From the NCBI GenBank assembly GCA_028534125.1, contig CM052817.1, forward strand, positions 23,438,001-23,502,000: 64,000 bases of DNA. The letters run 5' to 3'. This stretch comes from Lama glama (Eukaryota). Below are positions 12,231 through 26,584 of the stretch, one piece after another. Position 1 is the stretch's first letter. Each line of letters starts with the position of its first letter. The position numbers were made by a program, and so were the translations under genes. Below the pieces are notes generated by a model. That model was not told where the DNA came from. It worked only from the letters and a program-made list of their open reading frames with translations, and did not search any database.

Positions 12231-14014
12231 AGTGAGTTTGTTCTATGGACTACATTTTTTTTTTACTGATTTTTTCTGTTTCAAATAGATCAAAATAATG
12301 CTGTTATTTAAAAGTGTATGTTTTCATTCTTTTCCTTAAGTCTGTGAAAGAAGGAGCATAATTCAACACAGTTTTACTTTTCCTCAGATTCCTAAGGGTA
12401 GTCTCATTTGTACAGCAGAAAAAAAGAATGTGGGTTAAATAATATCATCTAATGTGAAATATGACTATCAATTACAGAAATTCATTAATTAAATTAAATA
12501 TTTGTCAGCAGTTCTATACACTTGCATTATTTTCAAGATTTTCTATCAAAACAATCTCATTAAGTACTGTATATTAATCAGAATGTTTACCATTTAATTT
12601 TGCCTAACATTGCTTTGCACTTAGGTTTTGAAATCTTTTTCCATTATAATTTTAAAGTAATTAGCTCACACAAAAAAGTAATTTGCAGGTTTGTATAATT
12701 GCACAGATGTTAGTCGGCTACACTAGAAAGAGAAGAATAGCAAGACTCTGTGATTCTCCTTCAACAAGAAAATAAAGAGACAAGAACATGCATAAAGTTG
12801 TTTTTCTCTTGATAATTTCTGTAAATCTATTTAAAAATTGCATCCAGTAGATTGAGCTTAATAAAAGTGTAGTGTAGAAAATTGTTTCTGAGCTCCTGAG
12901 ATTAGTCTAAGCAACTTAGAAAACTAATTAGTATATGGGGAAAATGTAATTTAAAAAGGCAAAATAAGACATATGAATGATTTACCCTTTTTATCCCTTA
13001 GTCTTACATAAACTTAAAGACAGAAAAGCAAAGATGAAGAAATTATTTTCCATTCAGCTGTACCAAAGTTTAAGAATTTACATTTGAGATCAGTTTATCC
13101 ATTGACTTTTCTTTGTTGAGAAAGTTTTTAAGTAAGTTCAGTTATGAAAACGTTTACAAAGGTAGATATACAAACCTCAAGTTGTATGCAAATATTTAAT
13201 TATTTCTAGCTTCACTGTCCCTCAAATTTGTTCTGAAACATGCAAAAGATATAGCATGTTACATGTGGATATTTATACTGCAGATAAGCCTCATTAAGTG
13301 TTTTAATTTAATATTCATTGAAATTACCTGCATGTATAAAATTAACTAATTTTTACTATGCACGTCATTTTATTGTTCTCCATATCTACTGTTCCAAATA
13401 ATGATCTGCTGACTTTATTAGTCTGTACACATAAAAATATCAATTCTGTTGACAAAATTGTTTTACTAGTTGGTATCATTATTGCTTTATCTAATAAATA
13501 GTATTGAAACATACTGGGCTGACTTGCATGACCTTATAGTACCTAGGGATTAATAAGACATTTCTCACTTCTTTCCTTCATTGTGTTCTTAAGGAACTTT
13601 CCTCTCGGCCTGCCCTTATCTCATATTTTTAATAAAGTGGCTAATACATGACCTTCTTCATCCTTGACTGTGATGTACGATGGCAAACCAGGATTTCCAC
13701 TGGTATGCTGTGGCTGACATCGTCAAAAGGGAGGTAAGATTACCAATAATGGAATTTAAGAAGTTTCAGAATTCAGGTTCACCCTGGATAAGCTTGGATG
13801 CTTATCTAATGCTTATTCAAACCTTCTGAATCGGTAAAATTGAGCTGTAAATGTCACAAAGCACATTTTCTCATGAGATTTGCTATATTTTAACTTCTGT
13901 TCCAAACCAGGAATACCAGTAGGACAATTTCTCTTGCAATATCCTTGTAGCACTTTTTCAAATCAGAAAAGTGAGAACGAAAATGCAAGGGAAAAAACAG
14001 ACAGAATCCAGATT

Positions 14015-14514
14015 NNNNNNNNNNNNNNNNNNNNNNNNNNNNNNNNNNNNNNNNNNNNNNNNNNNNNNNNNNNNNNNNNNNNNNNNNNNNNNNNNNNNNN
14101 NNNNNNNNNNNNNNNNNNNNNNNNNNNNNNNNNNNNNNNNNNNNNNNNNNNNNNNNNNNNNNNNNNNNNNNNNNNNNNNNNNNNNNNNNNNNNNNNNNNN
14201 NNNNNNNNNNNNNNNNNNNNNNNNNNNNNNNNNNNNNNNNNNNNNNNNNNNNNNNNNNNNNNNNNNNNNNNNNNNNNNNNNNNNNNNNNNNNNNNNNNNN
14301 NNNNNNNNNNNNNNNNNNNNNNNNNNNNNNNNNNNNNNNNNNNNNNNNNNNNNNNNNNNNNNNNNNNNNNNNNNNNNNNNNNNNNNNNNNNNNNNNNNNN
14401 NNNNNNNNNNNNNNNNNNNNNNNNNNNNNNNNNNNNNNNNNNNNNNNNNNNNNNNNNNNNNNNNNNNNNNNNNNNNNNNNNNNNNNNNNNNNNNNNNNNN
14501 NNNNNNNNNNNNNN
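14015..14514. other. Assembly gap (500 N)
   Basis: A run of exactly 500 N. Confidence 1.
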
Positions 14515-17293
14515 TCAGGATTTTCACAAAGATGTCAAACTTACGTTATATACAATATATTAGAATTTTTTTATTTTGATCACTTCTACTGAGATTTGTG
14601 TCTTCTCATTATCCCAAAGAAATCATCTGACGTTTTTATTTGTATTTCAGCTATCAGTAATAAACAAAGAAACAAGGTAGAAAAGATTAATAAAACTATA
14701 GCTCAAGGTGTAGGACACATTGATGAAAAGCCAACAGGCAGCCTCTACCTTTGGAATCTGTGTGACAGATCTAGTACAATGAAAAATGGCCAGAAAACAG
14801 GGAAAGATAACAAAGGAAAAAAAGGGATACATTGATTTAGAAATACACAAAATGATTTGCCTTTTCTCTTTAAGGAAGGATATGGCATTTAATCAAAGTT
14901 ATAAATGCAATATAAACAAAGGAGGATTTATCAGTGTTCTTATGGTTCAGTAGTACGTCAAAGATTTCAAATGCTCATCCATCTTTTATGAAAAAATAAA
15001 ATAGTGTAACTCCTTCACTTTTTGGACATATCATGATCTGTAATTGAGTAGATAATTATTATAGCTATATTTCATAAATAGTTCATTTTAAAACTCCCTG
15101 CAGCTTTTTAAAGTTACATATTAAAATGCATATACTTATAATACATTTATATTTATAATTTTAGACAGATGTAAATATATATGCTATAAACATATATATT
15201 ATAAATGGTTCAAAGAGATCCTAAAATACATAGTATTTAGGCATCAAGGGAACAATATTAAGCAAATGAGACCCCCAAATCTATGTGTGTCCCTGTTTTT
15301 GAAAGGACGGAGTATTTTAGAAGAGAGGAGAATTTGAATTATATTAAAATTGCCCATGACTTCAGTTATGACCAGTCCAACAAGTATGTTTCCACATTGT
15401 TTTATATATATATTCAACATTTAAGTGGACCAAAAAACAAGTAGCTTCAAAATTATATCTCAAGTGCACCAAGGGGAAAAAAAGAAGCTTCAAAATTAGA
15501 TTATACACATTACTTTAAAAAATGTTTTAATCTTATTTGATTTAATAATAAAATCAATTGCAGTGCCAGGTGATTGTTTTATGTGCTAGTAATGTCAAAT
15601 GTTCTTCATTTATCCTTTTTTTTTAGGATAGTAAAATATTCAGTGGAAAATATCTACAAGTCCACACAGTACAATGAAGTAAGAGTACGATGTGAGGACA
15701 ACATATGGCTTTTCCCAAGCAAACTTCAGTTCTTGAAATTTAATTTGAACAAGAGAAAAATTAATTAGAAACATGGTCTGTGTTAGTAAAATTTCGAATG
15801 AACCTTAATGTTTAGCAGTAGAATTTTTTAAAATTATGTTTATGTATTTGGAATATTTAAGAGTCATGAAGCATGTATACATTTGTAAACAACTTCCTTA
15901 TGTACTAGTAAATGAAAAAGTCAGATTTCAAGACAGAATGTGAAGTAAGACCAGTACTGATGTTGAGAGAGAGGGAAACTTATAAAATAATTATTACTGG
16001 TTATAGCCTAGAGGACTATTGACTATTACTTTCAATGCTCTACATCTCTATATTTTTATAAAGTTTTGCAACAGAATACATTTCTTTTGTTTTAGTAAAG
16101 ATATTTTCATTAAAAACACACATTTTCCTCGCTGCACAGTCTTTTTGTTAAACAACCTTCAAACTAATTATAATCTCCTATAAAATATGCTGGGTTTATA
16201 TGATGAGCAGTCCTTCTTCAACTTGATTTGAAAAGCTAAACAAGAACAGGTTAAATTAGAGTAGATTATTTCCCTCTATTGTGAAAATTAAAATGTAAGC
16301 CTCATTTATTTAAAAAAAATCAGGACGTTTATTATTATCTTCCAGGAGAAGTACTGCTGCATATTACTGTTCTGTCTGACATTTTGTAAATAACGCCACA
16401 TCACCTACAGGGAGAGTTCCCTAATCTGCGGAGAGCTGTGGTATGGGAGATGCACGTATGACCAGAAGAAGCTTTACTAAGCTTATCAATGTGTAGCACG
16501 TGGCGCAGAACATCCTATATTATGTTTGAGTGCTTCTTGACCCAGAACAATTCAGTTGTGTGTCCTAGGGTACAGTAACTTACCCTTCAGTAATCACTAC
16601 GATGAATCACAAAGAATTGGATTCAAAAGGCTGGAAAGACTAAGGGGGCTCTTTTTATTAAAGGGCTCATCTTGGTACTATTTACTTCCTGCTGATCTTT
16701 ATAAATCTTGCTAGTCTCATAAATCTTCTTAGTCTCCTCTCAATCCCTTTTTTATATGTTAATACATTTTAAGAAGAGAAAACTGATGCCAAGTTTTGCC
16801 TAGTATTATTGCCTTAAGGGACAAAAAAAGGACAAACAATGAATAAAGAAAATGAATGCTTTTACAATGAGTTAAAGTAGTAAATTAACGCCAAACTGTA
16901 TACATAAAATAGAGGAACAGTTATTTCTATATTCCTGTACGAATTTATAAAGAGTCAGTTTATTTATGAATTTACTATCCCAATGTTTTTTTTTAATATT
17001 CATTTTTTATCCTGGTAAAATACACATAATATCCCAAATACTTTTAAGTAACATTTAATAAGTAAATAAATAGAATCAAATGCACAACTTCCACTTCTTA
17101 GTCATTAGACAATTTTGGTGTTTTGCTAGTTTGAGGTTATCTGAGGGTGAACTGGGAGGAAAAAGAGATAAACGAATTAAGACTAAAATACTCAATTCTG
17201 AGCACCTTAACCTTCCTCCCTCCTCCAAGGACCTTAGTACCTCTCCATTGCCTCAGGCTGGGCTCTGTCTGTGGGTTCTAAAATTCTAATAAC

Positions 17294-17437
17294 TTTTTTT
17301 CTGTTTTTTGGGTGGGGGGGAAGATAATTAGGTTTGTTTGTTTGTTTGTTTGTTTGTTTTTATTGGAGGTTCTGGGGATTGAAACCAGGACCTCGTGCAT
17401 GCTGAGCACATGCACTACCACAGAACTGTACCCTCCC
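17294..17437 (-). mobile_element. Camelid tRNA-derived SINE (vic-1-like)
   Basis: The reverse complement reads gggagggtacagttctgtggtagtgcatgtgctcagcatgcacgaggtcctggtttcaatcccc (A/B-box tRNA head) with an (AAAC)n tail. Diverged TSD aaattctaataa/aaattctgatga. Confidence 0.9.
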
Positions 17438-17749
17438 ACAAATTCTGATGAATCTTGATTATTATAGAAGTTTATTCATCCAGATCTCATGATTCTTACT
17501 TTCAGTTAACCTCCTTTCAACTCATTAAATATTCCAATGCGTGGCCTTTCCTTGTTTTCTGAATCTCACTTTCACAGCCCCAGTTTCTCATCTCAAATTA
17601 TTCTGGATAAACTACCTTATTTTGTCACAATTCATTTCTCTCTCACTAATAATATCAATGACCTAAGATTCTTGTTCATTCATGCTACTAGGTGGCTTCA
17701 TTTTGTCAGAATCTAGTCAATGCCCATTGTTCTTTTATTTAAAAAGCAG

Positions 17750-18233
17750 TGCATTATTAATTTCTTGTGCTTGTTTTAACAAATCACCACAAACTTGGTA
17801 GCTTAAAACAACACATTTCTCTTGAAACAATCGCACTTTTTAGGGTCATCCAAAATCCGCTCCCATGGTGTGAAATCAAGGGGACAGCAGGGCCCAGCTC
17901 CCTCCAGAGGTTCTCTGGTAAGAGCCATTCCTTGCCTTTTCCAGCGTTTAGAATGTTCCTTGCATTCCTTGACTCTTGGCCTTTTCTTCATCTTCAAAGA
18001 CCGCAGCTTACTATCCTACTCCAGTTCCCAACTCACCTTCCGTCTCTGTAGTCAAACACCCCTGCTTCTCTTTATAAAAACACTTTTGACTATATTTATG
18101 GTCCCCACTGGTAATCCAGGATAATCTCACCATCTCAAGATCCTTAATTTAATGACATCTGCAAATTCCTTTTGCTGCAAGTTTCCAGGGTTCAGGACCT
18201 GGGTACTTTGGGAGGCCATTAGTAATTCTACCA
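17750..18233 (-). mobile_element. MLT1 (MaLR) LTR, MLT1C-like
   Basis: 'taacaaatcaccacaaacttggtagcttaaaacaac' and 'taatccaggataatctc...tcaagatccttaa' are MLT1 hallmarks. Confidence 0.85.
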
Positions 18234-19714
18234 AATCCAGGTGTTTTCACCATTGGAACAAAATTATGATTGTGTTGGTGGGTGCTACTGGTCTTCAGTT
18301 TTATCTGAATCTCCAACCACTGCCATTATTCTTTGGTAACTTAATAGTCCAGGGCCCACGGCACCATTTCCTGCCTCAGTTCCAGCAGATGACTTCTCCA
18401 TAAGGATACTTTAGTAAAATCTCTGCAGCCGGTGCTTCATATTCTGCTTTAATTCTTGGATTAGGATCATTTAATCAAGTACACAAACAGAATTTTGAAC
18501 CTGACCCAGTCTCATGTATGCCCTCTACATTACTCTTCTGCAAGATATCAGTGTTCCATATTCCAGAAAATATTCAAATATCTGAAACATATTATGTTTT
18601 TTCATGCTTTTTCACATGTGATTTTTTTCTTCCAGAAACTTCTCTTTGCATCTCATTTACATAATTCTATCTGCATCATTTACTTGATTAGTTTCCAGTC
18701 ATAATACAGCTATTTCCACTGTTCGATGGGTGTCTCCTAAACACTTATAACTTAGAAATTAACATAGAATACTACCTAACAGCTAATGACATTTCAACCC
18801 TTTTTTATTTAATACTATAAAAATATTAAATAAATTATATACTCCACCATGCTCAAGCAGAGTCCTCTAAATCATTTCCACTTCCATGAAACTTCATGTT
18901 GCAGGCTGTACATCTCAATAAGAAAAATCTTCAGTTATATTTATATATTTAAAAAGAAGAAAGTGATATGTATAGCTTGAGAGGATGAATAAAATAATCT
19001 ATGATCTAGAGAAAGCAAAAGTTTACTTAAAAAGTAAAATGTATATCTAAGAATAATGGGAAATAATGTTAAGATGAGTTTTGAGTAGAGAGTCTTCACA
19101 GTAAGCTATGAAAATTTGAAGCAGAAGACAGTAAGATTCAATCTAGAGCATGGGAGAGTTTTCATAGTATTTATATTGATCAGAGGGAAAAATTTATTGA
19201 ATAAAAGTAGGTAAATATATTAGTTTATATACTCTATATAACAAATAGTTCTAAATGTTTTTAAAACTATAACTACTGTGAGTTCTTTTTTCAAGCAAAG
19301 ACAGAGGAACAAAAGAATCTATAAAAGAAAAACTACTGGCTAGGAATATGATAATGAGGAAGTGGCACTGAGATATTTGGGGGCAGAAATAGAATAACTT
19401 AGCAATAAGTAATATTTTGAAATGCAACTGGACTTCAAGTTCTTGCATTAGATACATCAAAAAAGTTTGGTATAAATCTATATGTCAAGGAACCTGACTT
19501 TAATATTTGGCTTCAGGAAGAATATAGGTAGATTTCAGGAATCAATTTGTGTTTTGTTTTTATTTTGCTTTGCCTTTTTTTTTCTAAACAAGTCTTTATG
19601 ATAATTCTGGTGCACAGACAAATTTGACAGACATTACAAAATTTAGCTTTGTAGTGTTTAAAGGGACCAGAGGGAGCTAGAGGAAGAGAGATTTTAAACA
19701 GTAATAAGAAGTTA

Positions 19715-19935
19715 CCAATTATATGAGCACTTATTTTTTCAATACACTGCTTCAAAATCTTTATATATAGTATCCCATTTATTTATGACAATACAATGTA
19801 GTATGAGTCTATTATAACCATTTTATTTATATATAAAAATAGAGAGTCAAAAAGATGAAGTAACTTGTCCTGAGTGGTAAGGTTGAATCAGCACTCAAAT
19901 CTAGACATTAATACCAGAGCATCACTCACTGTAGA
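19715..19935 (-). mobile_element. MIR SINE
   Basis: Degenerate antisense MIR core ('gagcactta', 'ccatttt', 'aagtaacttgtcc'). Confidence 0.65.
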
Positions 19936-20457
19936 TGTGTAACAATGCTTTGCTAGTGACCCCAGATAACCAGCCCAAAACGATGTTTTAGAAAGGGGTA
20001 ACACAAGACAGACATGGAGGAAGGCTGCCTGTACACTCTTTCAAAGAATGTATATTTCTAATGTGATTGCATGCATGATAAAAATTCATAACCACTCAAA
20101 GTTTGCTAAAACACTGGGATAATGTAGTTTCTCTATTGAGATGAAGAAATACATGTAAAAATATCCACAAGTATTCACCCCACCAATGCCATTACACTAT
20201 ATTGATGTCCTACCACCTGGGTAAAGGAGCAAAAGACCAAAAATGACACAAATAAAATATCTAAATATGAGTTCACATTTAAAATGGATTTTATCCATCT
20301 GTTCGGTTTGTAGTCATAGTCAACAGCTTCAGAACAAATGCCCTTCAGCACTCATTTTTGATATGGGATTTAAATAACAGATTTAACAGTTGAGATTACT
20401 GTAGATCAGAGTAAAGCAAATAAACTTTACAATCTCAGATTTTACAAATATATGTAT

Positions 20458-20509
20458 CTTTCTCTCCCTCTCTCTCCCTCTCTCCCCCTGCCTCTCTCTC
20501 TCTCTCTCT
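20458..20509 (+). repeat. (CT)n microsatellite
   Basis: Directly visible. Confidence 0.9.
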
Positions 20510-20852
20510 AGGGTGTGATGAGCACTGAAATCTAGAGACAGAAAATATGATAAAAGTTTACAGGATCCAATGGGGACCCACACATGGAAGCATTCATTTT
20601 GGAATCCCTGTGGCTATCCTCTGGCTCTCAAAGATGCATTTGAAGCTTTAAGAGATTATGATTAAATAGGATTTTACCAAGAGAAATCTCAGCTCTTAGC
20701 TTCAAAAGTCATCATGAAAATATTCTCCTAGCTGCCAAATTCACTTGGCACTACTGAACAATGCTTTCACTTTCAAAATTTCAATTTCACTGTTAAGAAA
20801 AACAGATAGCACAAATGTTCTGCATTAGAATAAAGGAAAAGATTGCCTAAAA

Positions 20853-21260
20853 CAGTCTTTCTCAAACTGTATGCCAAAGAACATGGTTGCACAGGCTTTT
20901 AATGCCAGAAAATAGATTTTTTAGTCAAATACGTTTAAGAAATTCTGGGTAAACAAAGTAAATAAATCGTTTTTCTGTATTACTTAGCAGAACCATATGA
21001 AAAGCTTTTGTTAATATCTTAATGAGGAGGGTGTAAAATATGCAGTCTTTTCTAAACATTTTTTTCACAGAATTCTTATTATTCTACAATATCTAAAAAG
21101 GGCATTTCCTCAGAAGCCACATTTTGTGTGTGTGAGGTTTATTTATTTTTAGAGGAAGTACTGGGGATTGAACTCAAGACCTCAATACATGCTAAGCATG
21201 TTCTCTACGACCTGAGCTATACCCTCCCCCTCAAAAAGAAGCCACATTTTAAATGTCAGA
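20853..21260. mobile_element. MER103C-like hAT-Charlie element (interrupted by a SINE)
   Basis: 'cagtctttctcaaactgt', 'gtcaaatacgtttaagaaattctgggtaaacaaagt' and 'tatgcagtcttttctaaac' recall MER103C. Confidence 0.65.
21126..21236 (-). mobile_element. Camelid tRNA-derived SINE (vic-1-like)
   Basis: The reverse complement reads gggggagggtatagctcaggtcgtagagaacatgcttagcatg...gagttcaatcccc. Perfect 14-bp TSD agaagccacatttt at 21112-21125 and 21237-21250. Confidence 0.92.
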
Positions 21261-22529
21261 TTGTCTTATAGGGATGCACTGGGGACTATTTCTCATTATT
21301 TCATTGATACACAATTATCAGAATACTTTATTGCATTTGATTTCAAAATTTATACATAAAGCTGTTACAGGGATTTTCCCCCAAATTGTGAACAGAAGAT
21401 GATAACTATTCTAACAAATACATATCAATAATAATTAGTAAATATGTAGTAGACTTTGAATGTTCCTACCTGTCCTTCTGCCCCATAGTGCTTTTATCCA
21501 CACTTTTGAAGGAAACTGCTTATTCCTTACTGAAATTTTGTGTAACTATTGAAGACATTAAGGGCAGTTCTTCTTTAAGTACCATTGTGTGAATATACAA
21601 CCTACTGATGCCTTATCATAGTACCACGTCAGTCATTCACATTGATAGTTGCACATATATTGGGCAATCAAGGGATAAACAAGAGAATGTTAGTTGCTTT
21701 GCCCAGCATAGTATTTTCATCCCATCTTTGTTGGGAGGATTACTTCGCTGCATCAGGATCCTGTGATACATTAGGGTTAACCCAGCCCACCTGATTATAT
21801 CACTCAACCACCTAGAGTCTAAGACCTGAAAATGTAACAAAAGCAAGGTTAGGTTGAGAGAGAGCCATATAGCATAAGATAGTTAATTGAGCACTTTCCT
21901 GTCAGGGTCAAGAGCTGGTTTATAATCTGGTAATATTTTCCAACTCTGTAGTAAGAACACACATGTGATAGGCATTTCGTTGTGTCCTTGATGACAATAA
22001 AAATATGTATCTTCTTTGTTATTCCATAACAAATATTTCTAGTAGCTCTTTGTATTTTTCATTCCAAACATATTTATCATGATAGTGTCACAAACTTTTC
22101 AATAAAAATGTGACTTGTAATTCCTTTCCATATCACAGTTGAATGATGAAACCGTGAAACAATTTCTGGTGAAACAATTTATAGCAAAATTAATCAATTT
22201 TGTATTAGAATGCAATACTTTATGTGTAATCTGGAAAAAGTCATTTGAATTCCTAAAGAGGGCACTTTATGCTTTTTCAAAAAATGTCTCAATATTTTGA
22301 TGGCTATTAGAGAAAATTTCATAACACAAGAGATGATGGTTGAATGAGTTACATTTCTTAAAAATATTAATTTTCATCTTGCTGACTTTGTTTATATCCT
22401 TTCCATTTTTAATTGCCAATAAGATTTCTTATCATTAGCATATCCAAATTCATATTTTAGTTACATTCTGTTCAAGAATGGTTCACTTACTCTTTTGCAT
22501 TCATTGAACAATTTTAAGCCCAAAACTCA

Positions 22530-22830
22530 TTTGATTTGCTTCTCCATTTTATTCAGTCTTTTCCTCAAATATTACTTTTACATAAAGATCTTCCAATGAT
22601 CACATTATTTAAAATAATCATCCCCTATCACTCATCTTTTTACTTTGTTTTACATTTCCCTTTAGTAAATGCTATGTAAAATGATGTTATATACATATAT
22701 ATATATATTTTTTTTTTTTAACTATTTATTGTGCTTCTTGCCACTATAAGGTTCATGAATTTGGAAACTTTGGCTTGTTCACCATTGAATATCCACCTTT
22801 GGGCACACAGTAAGTTCTCCATTAATTTTC
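22530..22830 (+). mobile_element. L2 3' end
   Basis: 'ctataaggttcatga...cttgttcaccattgaatatcca...ggcacacagtaagttctc' resembles the L2a 3' terminus. Confidence 0.65.
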
Positions 22831-25359
22831 TTTTTTTAATGTATAAATTATAGTATTCATAACTGCTAAATGAAGAAGTGTATTTTTACTTTTAATTAAA
22901 CAAATGAATGATTTAAATATTTTGTGAATTGAGAAGCTAGAGCAACATAATAGTGTAAATGAAAAATAGAATTTTTAAAAGTGTGAACTATAGAATAGAA
23001 GTGCTATGAAAATATGTTGGTTAAGATGAACTGTATCTTTTTGATGAAATGTCAACTGATACATTCATGTTTTTGAGCATATGTTCCACCTTTAAAAGCG
23101 CAATTATCCTTAAGAGAAGTTTTACATATCAGGTTTGTGAAACAATTGCTTTTCCTGCCATTCCTCTTAAACTAAGCTGCCTGTGAGCCACTTCAGAGAC
23201 CAGTAGACACCACCTAATTTTCATGGCCCACATTTTGAAAACTGTTTCCTCAACACCAAAAAAGTGGTGCTTTCTCATCTTTGCCTTCTCAGTATGTATA
23301 ATAGTTTTCAAAACAGATCAAATGTGCTTTAATGTTTCTTTTCAATAAATCAATAAAATAATAAATGAAAAAATAAAATAATAAATGAAAATATAAAATA
23401 AGTGAGGAAAACAGATTGATTTTAGAATAGATTCCTTTTTGTTAACTCTGACAACAGAGTCACCATCTGCACATAACTGATTTTTTTCCTATATCACCAC
23501 CTGGTTCTCAGCAGTGCAGCGTAGCCTAGGCCGAAGTATCATGGTAGATTCTCCATTTTCTATGAATATTTCTATTGTTATAAAATAATCTCAAGGTCTA
23601 AATTGGTATTAAACTCTATGTTCCATCATCTTCAATAACATATACTGTAAGTATTTTAATGATAATCATTTCTCTCATGTCAGTTTTCTGATTGACAAGT
23701 AACAGTGATACTCTTAGGCTACTGCAGTTTGGAGCAGATATCACACTGCTTTCAGAATATATTTTGGGGAGCGTCACTCCAAGAAGAAAAGACTGAGTTT
23801 CTTTACAAGTTTGCTGGGAATGTAGTTCTAGGTATAATATCTGAAGCTGACACTTTTTCATGGGTGAATTTGCTCTGTGTAATGTAGAAGTTAGTACTTT
23901 CCTCTTTCTTTTTTTTTAACCCTCTTCTTTTTTTTTTTTATGGTTCTCCTAAACTCTTTCTTCTATCTTTCAATATACCAAGAAAAATTACGATATTATT
24001 TATTTACTTCTCTTAAGAAGTATATATAAATTTGATACTTTTCCTAGGAAAATTTTTATTATGGAATATACTTATAATGTAATAAGTAGACAAAGTCTAA
24101 CCATGTGAAACTATTTTTTTAAGCATACAACCTACATTGGGGACCATTTTTTCCTACTAGCTATGCCTGAACCAGGCTTCAGTAGAAAAAAAATCATCCC
24201 TTTTGTTTCCATTAAGAAAAATAGAAAAAAGAGGGAAATAATATATTGTACTATAAAATTACAGTTTGAAAAGGATGCTGATAACATACCCTGTAATTTC
24301 ACATTAATTCAGTTTAGTATAACAGTATGCACTGATATGTCTCATTTTGTTCAATAAATAGAGAAATTTCCTCTCCATCATTTGTAAGTATACCCAGTTT
24401 TACTTTTATTTAGAATAAATCTAATGCCTTATTCATTCTTTAATTGTTTTTAATTGTCTATAGATTTATGCCACCTTCTATCTTATTCATTTATTTCCAT
24501 TGTTAAATTTTATCTAGACTGAAAAGTGCCAGTCATGAAGCAATTGTCTTTAAACTGAGTTATCCCTTACAGTCTCTTAATTTATTCTTTCCTTCATAGC
24601 CAAGTAAACCTTCAGAAACTCAGCCATTCAATTTAATGAAGAAAGATTCATAAAGAACTTGGTAAGAGAAGTGAGAAGAGTTAAAGCCTGATGCACTCAT
24701 TTTTCAATCTCTCACTTATATAAGAAAGACCTAAAAAAAAAAAAAAACACACTTTCCACCAACAGAGTATTACCTGCCAACAGATTGACTAGTTTAGCCT
24801 CATGATAAAGAAATAACAACTCACTTAACCAGGTCAGTGGGTGCTTTAGATTGAGAGGCTGAATATGGAAGAAAAGTGGGAGCATGGATTCACAGAGGTA
24901 CTAAGACACTTGAGTTTTTTGGCAACTTCCAGTATAAAATTGGTTATAATCCAGAATCCTCAGAGGCCCCTGAGAAACATCGTGTTCTCCATGATAATCC
25001 CTCCCTGGTATATCCTCGTGGGTGTTTTCAGCTGAGTAGATACTCCCTCTGGTTGCAGTGATTTGCAAATATTTTCATTTATTTATAACAAATAAGAAAG
25101 TGTTATCCCTGTTATACAGCAAACAATTAAGAATTTAATGATTATAATTAGCCATTTTAAATGAAGGTTTTGTTGCAAGGCTCTCCAAATTTTCATGCAG
25201 ATATTCAGTATAGAAATAATTACAGTGAATTTGTCTAAGTAGGTAGAGAATTCATTAATTTAGTGTTCCTTCCATTATTTTAGACTCCCTAAGAAGTTCA
25301 ATCTTACAAACAATGGTAATTTATGCCTTTTTTATAGTAAGGGGATGAATGAGTGAACA

Positions 25360-25592
25360 ATTTCTCCTCCACATAGTTTTCTGCAAGGACTTCAACTAAG
25401 GGAATCAGCATCTAGCTATGTGAATGACCTAAGATCTCCAGCCTAGGGGAGCCTTCAGATGATTGGAATTTCATGGACAATTCTACTCAAGAACACCCAA
25501 ACCAATCCTTGCTCCAATTTCTGAGCCCTTCTCCCCAAATTTGAGAAAAATACAGTGGTTATTTTAAGCTGCTAAGTTTTTGCAACAATAGT
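25360..25592 (+). mobile_element. Old MLT1 LTR 3' part
   Basis: 'gttattttaagctgctaagttttt...gcaacaatag' is an MLT1 3' terminal motif. Confidence 0.55.
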
Positions 25593-25665
25593 GTTCATTA
25601 GAAGGACACAAGGAGTTTATGTGAGCCATGTCTGCAAAAGGCACACTTAACTTCCATTAACACAT

Positions 25666-26028
25666 TGTCTTAGTCTGTTGAGGCAAGTATAACAGAATAA
25701 TATAAATGGTGGCTTATGAACAACAACATTTATTTCTCATAATTCTGGGAGAAGTAGAACATCTAAGGTCAAGGCACCTGTAGATTCAGCATCCAGTGAG
25801 GGCCCACTTCCTGTTTCATAGCCAGCTGTCTCTTTCTGTCATCACGTGGTGGAACAGCTGAGGGAACTCTCTCTAGGGTCTCTTTTATAAGGGCACTAAT
25901 CCAATTCATGAGTGTTCAACATTCATAACCTAACTACCTCTCAAAGGCCCCACTTCCAAATATCATCACACTGGGGATCAGGTTTCAGTATATGAATTTT
26001 GGAGGATACAAACATTCATTCTATAGCA
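25666..26028 (-). mobile_element. MLT1A-type MaLR LTR
   Basis: tg...ca termini; 'tttatttctcataattctgg', 'cttttataagggcactaatcc', 'aaaggccccacttccaaata' and 'aacattcattctatagca'. Confidence 0.9.
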
Positions 26029-26584
26029 AAAATCATTAGCTAGAACTCAGGAACATAGCTTAACACATAACTTACAGGGAGATTGGAAAATGCAATCTAT
26101 ATGCTCAAGAATATTAAAGAGGAATATGATTTTGGCAAATATCTCCTGTTGGACATGTGATATAATATTTGTGTTGGGGATGAGAAAGGAGAAATAAGCA
26201 AGAGAGAGATTGTATAACTGCCCATTATTATTGGTTTCAATTCTTCTTCAATGCTCTGAGAAAAAGCATAAGACACAAAAATGCTAGTAAAAATTTATGA
26301 AGTATTTGTCACAGCAAATTTTCATAAGCACCTCAAATATCTTTCTGTGGTCTAGTTTGAATGCCCCCGAACTTAACTTTTGGTAGAAGTTCCAGACTGC
26401 CACAACCAGTTTATTTACTTTATTTCCCATTTCTTTACTTCTCTAATAATTTAATTTCCATTTGTCGATCTATTCAATAGTTTCCGGGCTACTTTTCTGA
26501 TTCTCATATGGCACCACATATACAGCAATTACTCAATAAGTTGTTGCCAACTGAAGGTAGAAAGAGAAGAAAAGAAGCATAATA

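Noticed and set aside
13594..13733. Possible + strand exon (pyrimidine tract-AAG ... GAG|GTAAGA)
   Set aside because: Stops in all three frames. Such site pairs occur by chance and no other support exists; a non-coding exon cannot be excluded.
13880..14579. Longest ORFs in the track (227, 189 and 202 aa)
   Set aside because: Artefacts of translating through the N gap.
16584..16630. Possible - strand 47-nt exon (tctttccag ... AGG|GTAAGT)
   Set aside because: Stops in all three frames and no partner exons identified.
23705..23887. Protein-like 60-aa ORF in unique sequence
   Set aside because: Non-ATG start, no convincing splice sites and no recognised homology.
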